60,749 nucleotides of DNA. Origin: Gekko japonicus. Its lineage: Eukaryota. The position numbers and the translations under genes were made by a program. Where the stretch lies: NCBI RefSeq assembly GCF_001447785.1, contig NW_015169320.1, forward strand, positions 1-60,749, in the 5' to 3' direction. The notes beneath the pieces are model-generated. The model was given only the letters and a program-made list of their open reading frames with translations, was not told where the DNA came from and did no database searches. Shown here one piece after another: positions 37,879 through 48,350 of this stretch. Numbering within the stretch: the first letter of the stretch is position 1; each line of letters opens with the position of its first letter.

Positions 37879-38850
37879 ATGGAGATGGGCCAAAAGTTCA
37901 ATGGGACCACCCTGACAGAATTCATCTTGCTGGGATTTGGAGTCGGCCAACGGGAACGGTTCCTGCTCCTCATCTTTTTCGCCATTCTCTATGTACTCAC
38001 ATTGGCTGAGAACCTCACCATCATCATACTGGTGGTTCTGGACAACCACCTGTCCCGCCTTCCCATGTACATCCTGCTGAGCAACTTCTCATGGCTGGAG
38101 ATGTGTTACGTAAGTGCCACAGTACCCCGGATGCTTTTGGACCTGACATTCCCTCATCATGGGATCATTTCCCTCACTGACTGCTTCCTTCAGTTCTACA
38201 TCTTCTTCTCACTTGGCAGCACTGAATGCTTCTTCCTCTCAGCCATGTCCTTGGATCGGTATTTGGCTATCTGCCATCCTCTTCGCTATCCACAAATTAT
38301 GTCCCCCAATTCTTGCTATGTTCTGGTGGCTACTTGTTGGGTCCTTGGCTTCCTGTGGTATGTTATCCCTGTGATTTTGATCTCTAGGTTGTCCTTCTGT
38401 GGCCCCCGAATCATCAACCACTTCCTGTGTGACCCTGGGCCGATTCTGTCTCTTGCCTGCCCTCCGCTAGGAATCGCCCCCAGTGTCTGCCAAATGTTTA
38501 TGAATGTATTGGTTTTAGGCAATGTCTTCTTTGTTTTGCTGTCTTACGGTGTTGTGATTCTAACCCTGATGAAAACCTCCTTCCAAGGCGGTCTTAAGAA
38601 GTCCTTCTCTACTATATCTTTCCACCTGTTGGTGGTGACCCTTTTCTATGGCTCTGTGATTGGGATGTATTTAGCTCCAAGTGGAGATAATTCTTCAGAG
38701 GTCACTAAAGTTGTGACGGTCTTCTATACTGCCGTTACACCCTTTCTCAACCCCATGATTTATTGTCTGAGGAACGATCAGGTGAAGGAAGCACTGCGAA
38801 GGCTGTGGAAGAGAAAGGTGAAATTGCTGAGGGGCAAAGTGACAACATAA
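37879..38850 (+). CDS. Olfactory receptor, family-11-like (OR-E), 323 aa
   Basis: Intact ORF; MSLDRYLAICHPLRY, HFLCDPGP, PFLNPMIYCLRN. Confidence 0.94.
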   Translation: MEMGQKFNGTTLTEFILLGFGVGQRERFLLLIFFAILYVLTLAENLTIIILVVLDNHLSRLPMYILLSNFSWLEMCYVSATVPRMLLDLTFPHHGIISLTDCFLQFYIFFSLGSTECFFLSAMSLDRYLAICHPLRYPQIMSPNSCYVLVATCWVLGFLWYVIPVILISRLSFCGPRIINHFLCDPGPILSLACPPLGIAPSVCQMFMNVLVLGNVFFVLLSYGVVILTLMKTSFQGGLKKSFSTISFHLLVVTLFYGSVIGMYLAPSGDNSSEVTKVVTVFYTAVTPFLNPMIYCLRNDQVKEALRRLWKRKVKLLRGKVTT

Positions 38851-40084
38851 AAAAGGGAAGAAACAGAACCCTCCCCCAAACAATACTACTCTTTATTTCA
38901 TCGTTCAATCCCTTTAACCATAGGTTGGTGGGATGAGGGATGAAATGAAAACAGAGCAAGTCAATAAAACAATCAATACTAAGATTATTTAAAAACTTAT
39001 GTGAGAAATCTCGCAACAGCGACCAGCCAGCCCACATAATTTGAAAACAACAGTTTCACAATAATTACCGGAGCACTGAATGTCAGAGTTGATATCACAC
39101 CTAGCTTCAATAAACCCAAGGACCCTGTTACAGCACATGTGTGATGGTTTCTGTTGCTCCAGATGCAGAAGAACAATTACTTTCAATTCAAGCTCCACCT
39201 GTAGGTTGTCGACCCTATTTCAAGTGCTGAAACAGCTTTGAGTTGTGTGTGAGAGAGGCCATTTTGGCACTTGATAAGTCATGGGGTGTGGGGGGACAAG
39301 AGCGCCATAGCCAGCCATACTGTGGGCTCAATCAAGATTGGGACATTGCAGCATCTTAGAATCACTTTAAAATGGCGGCAGCATCCTTGTAGGGGCCATG
39401 AGGATGTTCCCCTGTCTAGCTTGGCCTTTGGACCTCAGAGATGCTTGGAATGTATTTCTCTGGTCTGGGGACAGGGGAAGAAGAAGAAGAAGAGATTGGA
39501 TTTATACCCTACCCTTCACTACCCAAAGGTGTCTCAGGGTGGCTTACAAACTCCTTTCCCTTCCCCTCCCCACAACAGACACCCTGTGAGGCAGGTGGGG
39601 CTGAGAGAGCTCTTGACAGAAACGGCTCTTTTTCAAGGACAACTCTTATCACAACTACAGCTTGCCCAAAGTCATCCAGCAGGTGCAAGTGGGGGAGTGG
39701 GGAATCAAACCCGGTTCTCCCAGATTAGAGTCCACGCACTTAACCACTACACCAAACTGGCTCTACACAGCCAGTCACTACACGTAAAAGAAGAAGATGC
39801 TGTAGGGTCACCTCCATACTTGAGAGGAGATGGATGGAGCATAATGGCAGGGTCTCAGTTAATTACTCTCAGCATTCCACAATTAAGGACACATCTGCCC
39901 ATCAGTCTCCAATTTTGACATATTTACTTCCTGCAATTCCCCCCCCAAAAAAAATTAAACCCAAACAAATGGTAACCATATAAAATAAGCTTGTTATTCT
40001 TGTTTGGTTCTTATATCTGTTCAGCATCTTCACTATGCTGTATGTTGATTTGCTCCTCTCAGCCTCTACCTATATGTATGGACT

Positions 40085-40190
40085 GGCAACGTCCATTTCA
40101 CTGTATCTGAAGAAGTGTTCTTGCACATGAAAGCTTATACCTTGAATAAACCTTTGTTGGTGTTAAAAGGTGCCACTGTACTCAGACTTT
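40085..40190 (+). mobile_element. Penelope-like element terminal fragment with a minimal hammerhead motif
   Basis: GTAT-CTGAAGA-AGTGTTCTTGCACAT-GAAA-GCTT-ATAC followed by AATAAA..GTTGGT..TTAAAAGGTGCCACTG. Confidence 0.65.
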
Positions 40191-40428
40191 GTATTGCTGG
40201 TGCTTGTTTGTGGCGCTGTTTTGTTGTTGTTGTGCTTTGACATTCTATTCTGAGATATGTTCTAATGCTGACATGGAGCGTGGCGCATACATATTCTCAA
40301 ACAAGTAAAACAAGATACAGATGTGCTTTTCTGCTTCAGCACGATACAAAGGCATTCATCATGTGGCTGAGCAAGGAGACGTCCCAAGAGATGCAATTTT
40401 TGGTCAAAAGTGGCTTTGTTCTTCAGGG

Positions 40429-41602
40429 TGTTACCATGTTTGCTTGTAACTGCATTGTTTTTGTACTGTGCTGATGCTATGTCTGTCAAATGTCTGTACA
40501 TCTGTGCATTTGGGATAAGGGGATTGCTGCTGTGTGTTTTGTATGGCTTGCTTGACATCTCATGCTTGCGTTTGGATGAGCAAGGCTTGTGCCACAGGAC
40601 ACGTGCTCCCTGCACTTTCCCAGCATGCTTCAGGACAAAGACGACTAAATGCCATTATTGCTCAGTTGGAAACTTGGCAGAACAACAGGTTTTCCCACCA
40701 TTGCTGAACTGTGGGAAACCACGTAACCCGGCCTCCTATCTGGTTTTGGCATCACAAAGAACACATCTTTTATTGCCCATGGACCAGGCACATCTCTGCA
40801 CATCAAAGGTTACCATGGGAATATGGCGTTGACACATCACCACATGGCTCCCCTTTGAAGTTAGGTCTAGAATCTGAATATCGCCCCCTCCCCTCGAGGT
40901 ATAGCGTCACAACCTGTGGACCTATAGCATAGGAAAGGGGATGGTTTTCCTAGGGGTTTATTGGCTTTAAGCCAAGCCCCAAAACAAGCTTTTAAAAGAG
41001 GAAACACAGCCTTTGTTTCTCTCTCTTCTCTCTTGGGTTAGGGTTAGGTCAGCGCACGCCTCCCCACCCTCCTGCAACTTAAGATGCAGCCCGCTAGCCA
41101 GCATGCTAGCGAGAGAAAGCCCCCCCTTCCACATTAGGGCAACCTAAGCTCTGCTGCAGGTGATTCTCTTGGGTTTTGTTTGGGAGTGCACACCAAAGAA
41201 GACACACACGTGGTTGGTTTATCTACCCGTGTGAGAGAAGAGTCCTTTGGTATGACCTTTTGTCCCTGATGTCCCACTAGGAAGAATCTCTTCAACAAGG
41301 ATCAGATGAGTATAATGTTACCCTTCTGTGTCCGACCCCATTGTTTGTCTGAAGTATTAATTTTCATACTGAAATGCTTTCTATTGACTACTGCAACTAA
41401 AGGGATCTTGAATGAATCTATGAGTATATTTGTTTTCGTATGCTTGAGAAATACTTAGTAAATACTGCATTTATTCATTAACCCTGGTGTGTTGTCCCTT
41501 TGTGGAAATGGGAATGTTTGTTTCTGACTAAAATCTCTGTATACAAGTGATCAACCAAGAACTCTGTGGAATATCCTCAAAACCGGAGGATTTTCCGTAT
41601 CA
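40429..41602 (+). mobile_element. Solo LTR (1174 bp)
   Basis: TGTTAC...GTATCA, 4-bp TSD AGGG; the empty site is visible in the paralogous sequence near 33977. Confidence 0.9.
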
Positions 41603-41687
41603 AGGGATATAGTCCTCCAGTTCATTCAGGTGACTGATTAAACCCACAGCACTACTTATGCAGCAGAACTCCCATGCCTTGCCTTGT

Positions 41688-42441
41688 GCTAGAGATTTGT
41701 TATGTACGTGCCACAGTACCCCGGATGCTTTTTGTCCTGACATTCCCTCATGAGATCATTTCCTTCAGTGACTGCTTCCTTCAGTTCTACATTTCCTTCT
41801 CACTGGGCAGTACCAAATGCTTCTTCCTCTCAGCCATGTCCTTGGATCGGTATTTGGCTATCTGCCATCCTCTTCGCTATCCACAAATTATGTCCCCCAA
41901 TTCTTGCTATGTTCTGGTGGCTACTTGTTGGGTCCTTGGCTTCCTGTGGTATGTTATCCCTGTGATTTTGATCTCTAGGTTGTCCTTCTGTGGCCCCCGA
42001 ATCATCAACCACTTCCTGTGTGACCCTGGGCCGATTCTGTCTCTTGCCTGCCCTCCGCTAGGAATCGCCCCCAGTGTCTGCCAAATGTTTATGAATGTAT
42101 TGGTTTTAGGCAATGTCTTCTTTGTTTTGCTGTCTTACGGTGTTGTGATTCTAACCCTGATGAAAACCTCCTTCCAAGGCGGTCTTAAGAAGTCCTTCTC
42201 TACTATATCTTTCCACCTGTTGGTGGTGACCCTTTTCTATGGCTCTGTGATTGGGATGTATTTAGCTCCAAGTGGAGATAATTCTTCAGAGGTCACTAAA
42301 GTTGTGACGGTCTTCTATACTGCCGTTACACCCTTTCTCAACCCCATGATTTATTGTCTGAGGAACGATCAGGTGAAGGAAGCACTGCGAAGGTTGTGGA
42401 AGAGAAGGGTGAAATTACTGAGGAGCCGAGTGATGACGTGA
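41688..42441 (+). pseudogene. 5'-truncated OR duplicate of OR-E (OR-F); lacks the N-terminus, TM1 and part of TM2
   Basis: Homology to OR-E begins abruptly at LEICYV; the sequence just upstream matches non-coding 33980-34060, indicating a deletion junction. Confidence 0.9.
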
Positions 42442-43025
42442 CACAAAGGGAAGAAAAAGAAAATACCCAAACCCTAAACAATACTAATCTTTATTTTGTT
42501 TTTCAATCCCTTCAACCATAGGTTGGTGGGTTTATGGATAAAATGAAAACAGAGCAAGTCAATAAAACAATAGATACTAAGATAATTTAAAATGTATGTA
42601 AGAACTCTAGGTACAGCAACCAGCCTGGCCACATAGCTTGATAACAACTGTTTCAGAATAATGACTAAAGGACTGAATGTCGGAGTTGACAAGAGATCCC
42701 AATATATCACACCTTGGTTCAATAAACCAAGGACCATGTAACAGCACATGTGAGATGGTTTCTGTTGCTCCAGATGCAGAAGAGCAATTTCTTTCAGTTC
42801 AGGCCTTCCTGTATAATCAGCTGTTGGGAGCGAATTGCTTCTTGCAAAAAAAAAAAAAATAAAGTCTGTGTTTGGATTTTTTTTTATAGCCAAATAATTA
42901 GCAATTATAGAGGAAGTTGTAGGGATATACCTATAATACAAAGGAAAACACTGCCTGTATGAATCAGTAAGTAAGCCAGACCAATTGTATGATAAAAATT
43001 GCTTCTTTTATTTAAGCAATACTAA

Positions 43026-43569
43026 GGCTGCGGTCACACGGAGCATTAGCCACGCTACTGAGACGGATGATAGGCGGATTTTCTGGGCGAGATCACACCG
43101 CAACATCTGGGAAGCGTAGAGCTCCCATGGCGAACCCTGAGGCTTCCCGCCAAAGATGCGGAGTTAAAAAATAGTACCTCTGAGGTACTAGTTTCCGGAA
43201 ACCGCGGGGCAAGGGCGGGCGTCTGATCGCATTTCCGGAGGTAGTCCGTGGCATCCGGCGCCCCCCCATGTCCTGTCACAAACAGGTTTTTTCCCCCAAG
43301 TCTCCACAGGATGCACACAAGCACCCAACGGCGCATGTGCACGAAGAGGAAAGCGAAAGTTCCGTTCCTCCACAGAATCGGTCATGCCGTTGGTGAGATT
43401 GTGCCGTGCCGCTCCTTTGCCGCGCTGCAGGATCGTCGTGTGATCGCCACCTCGCCCGTACCCATGGGACCTCGACGGGACTTGTGATCGGGCGGCCGTG
43501 CATTATTTTGCTCCGGGCCAAACTGCCACGCTTCCCCCCCCGCATTTTACGGCCCGTGTGACTGGGACC
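43026..43569. mobile_element. Harbinger-like MITE
   Basis: GGCTGCGGTCACACG...CGTGTGACTGGGACC; TAA/TAT flanks. Confidence 0.7.
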
Positions 43570-44283
43570 TATGAAACCAAGCATGTGTGAGAATTAACAC
43601 AGTCACTGTGGGATATAAGAGATACTTGTCCATCTTCCATGTTTGTATTGTCTGAATATCCAAAGAGTAGGGAAAGTTGTTCAGTACGTGGATTTTGTTC
43701 TTATTTCCTTGGTACCCAAAATCTAGGTGGGGAAAGGGCTAGGGAGCAGCTTATTTTCCTGGTATGCCTTTACAAGTTATCCTCTTAGACTGAGGGCCAG
43801 AATGCAAGCTACAGAAAAATACAAGGAGAAATTTCACCCAATTCCATCTCCTTTGCCGCGCTGCAGGATCGTCGTGTGATCGCCACCTCGCCCGTACCCA
43901 TGGGACCTCGACGGGACTTGTGATCGGGCGGCCGTGCATTATTTTGCTCCGGGCCAAACTGCCACGCTTCCCCCCCCGCATTTTACGGCCCGTGTGACTG
44001 GGACCTATGAAACCAAGCATGTGTGAGAATTAACACAGTCACTGTGGGATATAAGAGATACTTGTCCATCTTCCATGTTTGTATTGTCTGAATATCCAAA
44101 GAGCAGGGAAAGTTGTTCAGTACGTGGATTTTGTTCTTATTTCCTTGGTACCCAAAATCTAGGTGGGGAAAGGGCTAGGGAGCAGCTTATTTTCCTGGTA
44201 TGCCTTTACAAGTTATCCTCTTAGACTGAGGGCCAGAATGCAAGCTACAGAAAAATACAAGGAGAAATTTCACCCAATTCCAT
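43412..44283. repeat. Tandem duplication, 2 x 436 bp
   Basis: 43412-43847 and 43848-44283 differ at only one position that I could see. Confidence 0.9.
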
Positions 44284-44473
44284 TGCATTCAATATTATAA
44301 ACAGACTGTGTTTTATAGCAGCCTAGTTTGTGGGGACATTTACCACGTCCATGAAAAACGGGGAGAGGCTTGGGTGTTCCATGAAATCCAACAAAATCAT
44401 TAAATGTAAATGCCCAGTTGTCACCTACTTTTAAACATGTCCTGCTTTTTGACAGTGGCCATGTGAGTCCTGC

Positions 44474-44660
44474 TAGGGTTGCCAGCAGCCTGGAGAGGAA
44501 AAAAAGGTCTTATTCCTTTAACAGAGGTTTAATGGGGTGTTATTTACTGAGTGATGTTATTTACCTGCATGCCATGAAAAGCTTCAACACCCGATTCCCC
44601 ACACATGAAGCCTCTGTTAGAGCAACAGAATATTTTTCTCCAAGATGGCTGGCAACCCTA
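44474..44660. mobile_element. TAGGGTTGCCA-terminated MITE-like repeat (many degenerate relatives across the window)
   Basis: TAGGGTTGCCAG...CTGGCAACCCTA TIRs; relatives near 6180-6587, 11460-12300, 27510-28040, 31430-31625 and 50480-50640. Confidence 0.65.
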
Positions 44661-45853
44661 ATCCCAGCATAAACTCACTACTATCATGTATCATCGCCGG
44701 TTATTGAGATTAGGAATGGTCCCTGGATTTTTATGGATTACATTGGTGTTTACATAACTACATCTCTGTATTTCCTGCATTTCATAACCCTTCAGCCCAA
44801 TTGACAATCTCTTCTTTACAACTGAGAGCCAGTTTGGCGCAGCGGTTAAGAGCGGTGGACTGTAATCTGGGAGAACTGGGTTTGATTCCCCACTTCTCCA
44901 CATGCAGCTGCTGGTGTGACCTTGGGTCAGTTACAAGTTCTTTCAGAGCTGTTTTTTTCCTGTAAATGACATAACGCCTTTGCTGATGGTGACCCCCCAT
45001 TTTTCAACCCTTCCAAGCTAGTGATTTGACACAATCCAGATACCTGTGGTTGATTCTGCATTGGCTTTTCCCTCCATTGCTTTACGAAACCCACTTTGGA
45101 ACAGAAATTCCCCTCTGCATTGCATGCTGCGTTCACATTCTTTGATCATCGGATTTTATGGTACCCTCCACACTGCATGCCGCTTTTGCTTACTGTGATC
45201 ATCGGATTTAATTGAACCTTCTGCATAGATTTATGGCCATTTTATGGCCATTCAGGGGTGACTCTGCAGTCAGTATAGTGTTGCCCCGAGGTATTTGAAT
45301 GTGGTTTTGAGCTGCACTTTCCCCTCCCAGTTGAGAAAATGTCGATGCTAGATGCAGAATCACTCTGTATTTTCCTCTACTGAGATTTCAAGTAGCTGGA
45401 AAGATGGTGGAGACATAGCCTCTCTGGAAAATTGCTTTATTTGTGGAAAGAAAGAACTGACCTCCTTTCCCTTAGGATTATCGGCTCAGTCTAGATGCCC
45501 TCCCACCCCATGGTGCTGTATAGAAGAAGAAGAAGAAGAAGAGATTGGATTTATACCCCGCCCTTCACTACCCAAAGGTGTCTCAGAGCAGCTTACAAAC
45601 TCCTGTGAGGGCGGGTGGGGCTGAGAGAACTCTGACACAAACTGCTCTTTTTCAAGGACAGCTCTGACAGAGCTTGTGACTGACCCAAGGTCACATCAGC
45701 AGGTGCAAGTGGAGGAGTGGGGAATCAAACCCGGTTCCCCCAGATTAGAGTCCGCACACTTAACCACCACACCAAACTGGCTCTCAAACAAGTGGGGGAC
45801 CTGCAAAGGTTTGAGGTTCCTTCTCTTTTTCTAACCCACCGGCTAACCTACCT

Positions 45854-46895
45854 TCATTTGCTCCCATCTTCAGCTTTCCCTCCCACCTGCCCACCTGGAT
45901 CTATCTTTTAGACTGGTTGGTTAAATGTTTCATTTTCCTTCCTTCTCTGCTTCTGCGATCTGACATTAATATCTTTCTCCTCAGCAACCTGTGGAGTGCC
46001 TCCTTCACCTGATCATTCCTCAAAGAATAGATCAGGGGGTTGAGAAAAGGTGTAATAGCTGTGTAGAAGACCGTCACTGCTTTAGTCAGCTCTGACTGTC
46101 TCCAGCTGGGGTTAAATACACCGCTGCCACCGAGCCATAGAAGAGTGTCACCACCACTAGGTGGAAAGATATGGTGGAGAAGGCCTTCTTACGGGTGCCT
46201 TGGAAGGAGGATTTCAGTAGGGTCAGAATCACCACAGTGTAGGACAGCACAACGAAGAAAGCGTTACCTAAAACCACAGCATTCATAAAAATCTCACAGA
46301 CTTTGGGGGCAATTCCTAGTGGTGGGCAGGCCAAGGATAGAATTGGTCCAGGATCACACAAAAGGTGGTCAATGATATTGGGGCCACAGAAGGACAACTT
46401 GGAGATCAAAATCACCGGACAAATGTGCCACAGGAAACCGAGGATCCAACAAGTAACCATTAGAATATAGCAGAAGTCTTGGGACATAGTTTGTGGGTAT
46501 CGCAGAGGGTGGCAGATGGCCAAGTACCGATCCAAGGCCATGGCTGAGAGGAAGAAGCATTCAGTGCTGCCCAGCGAGAAGAAGATGTAGAACTGAAGGA
46601 AACAGTCACGGAAGGAAATGATCCCACGAGGAAATGTCAGGTCAAAAAGCATCCGGGGCACTGTGGTGCTCACATAACAGATCTCTAGCCAGGAGAAGTT
46701 GCTCAGCAAGAGGTACATGGGCTGCCGGGACAAGTGGGTATCTAAAACCACCAGTGTAATGATGGTAATATTCTCAGCCAAAGTGAGCACATAGAGAATG
46801 AAGAAAAAGATGAGGAGCAGGAACCGCTTCTGCTGTCCACCGCCAAAGCTCATCAGAATGAATTCTTGCACTCCAGTCCCATTGGCCGACTCCAT
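45854..46895 (-). pseudogene. OR pseudogene (OR-G) with a frameshift in the third extracellular loop
   Basis: ORF stops after 269 aa (TGA at 46086). The TM7 sequence [33 protein letters not shown] continues in another frame; comparison with paralogues implies a 4-bp deletion near 46100. Confidence 0.85.
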
Positions 46896-47479
46896 CTGGA
46901 ATCAGATAATACAGTTATCATGCTGGGATCACTACGTGATGGACAAAATAGCTGACACATATGAGACACACACACACGAGGGCACTCAGGATCACAGTCT
47001 AGATTCATATGAAAGTGGTTTGCATTAATAACCTACTTCACAGAACATGACATTCTACCAGCACATGTAGGTGACGCTGAATGGCTTCATTTATGAGTTG
47101 CTTTTTCTTACTTTAGTTAGCCTTTATTTTAGGGTCTGAGCACTCCTCTTTCCACAAGCTTTTAATTATATCTTAATGGTACTATAAGACACTCACATAT
47201 TAGTGGTAGGATACTTGGGAACAAAACAAAGAGCCTAAGGCCTCAGTCAGGCAAAGTTAATTTTGATATATGGCTATATTGAAACATCTTAACTGTATTT
47301 GTTTACGTGTCGTTGAAATAGGGTTGAATGTATTACTGTTTATGCTTATTGGATTTTATGTATATGTGACTTATCTTTGAATTAAAAGACGTAGAAAATT
47401 AAAAAAATAGTCTGTCCACCACCTGTTTATCCCACCCACAGAACTCTGTGTGGATTATATAGTTCTTTGACTTGAGTTG

Positions 47480-48350
47480 TTAACCATGCAGGCATTCCTT
47501 TAGACTTGTTGGTGCCTTTGTTGAGGTATGCATTCTATCTGGGCCTCAATCAGCATGGTTTTAAGTACTTTCTAGGCATTCTGGAGGGATTTGACTCTCT
47601 TAACTTGATTCTGTTTTAACTGTCTTCTGACTGGTTCTCTCACTTTTAGCAAATTTCCCCCACTTGAAATCAAAAGGGATTGTTTTGGACTTTGGGGACA
47701 AATTTCTGTTGATATGAATGATGAACTTTTCAGTGTTCCCAACTGGTGCATCAACATTTATGTCTGGCACAAGAATCTCCAGCACCACTCAGAACCAAGT
47801 TCAGAGTTGCTATACCTCTAGTTGGCTCTGTGATTAACTGCTCCAGGGCACAGCAATTTATTACTAGAAAGCTTGTTTCTGTGGCATGCCTTAAGCACAT
47901 GTTTGCACTGATCAATGTGAGGATAGTTGAAGTCACCCAGTATTGTAACATTTTCCCCTTTGGTCAACACCCTTATTTCCCTGCTCCATCTTGACATTTG
48001 CCTCTTGATTTTGATCCATGGGGTGATAGACTCCCACTTTTAAGTAGTTCTTAGGGCCCAGTATCTCCACTCTGAATACTTCTGTCAAGACATTAACTTT
48101 CCTAATGTTTTCTAGCTTGTTTGACTCTATTCCTATTTGATATACAGAACAACACCACCCCCAGCTTGTCCTCCTTGTCCTCTCTGTAGACTTTATATCC
48201 AGGGATAATGGTGTTAAATTGATTTTCCCCATTCCTCCAGGTTTCTGAAATGCCCACTGTATCTACATTGTCATTTAGCATCAAGCACTCCAGCTTCCCC
48301 ATCTTGGCTCAGAGGCATTTAGCATGGGAATACAAGCACCTGTACCTTGT
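47480..48350 (-). mobile_element. Degraded CR1 LINE ORF2 endonuclease region
   Basis: DTVGISETW...IPGYKVYREDK and LEQLITEPTRGIATLNLVLS in shifted frames. Confidence 0.8.

Noticed and set aside
39271-39918. 215-aa ORF and similar short ORFs (4301-4813, 32197-32700, 52868-53344)
   Set aside because: Chance frames through SINE, MITE or LINE sequence, or antisense to receptor genes; no recognisable domain.
44823-44900. tRNA gene
   Set aside because: It is the head of a tRNA-derived SINE and continues into the SINE body.
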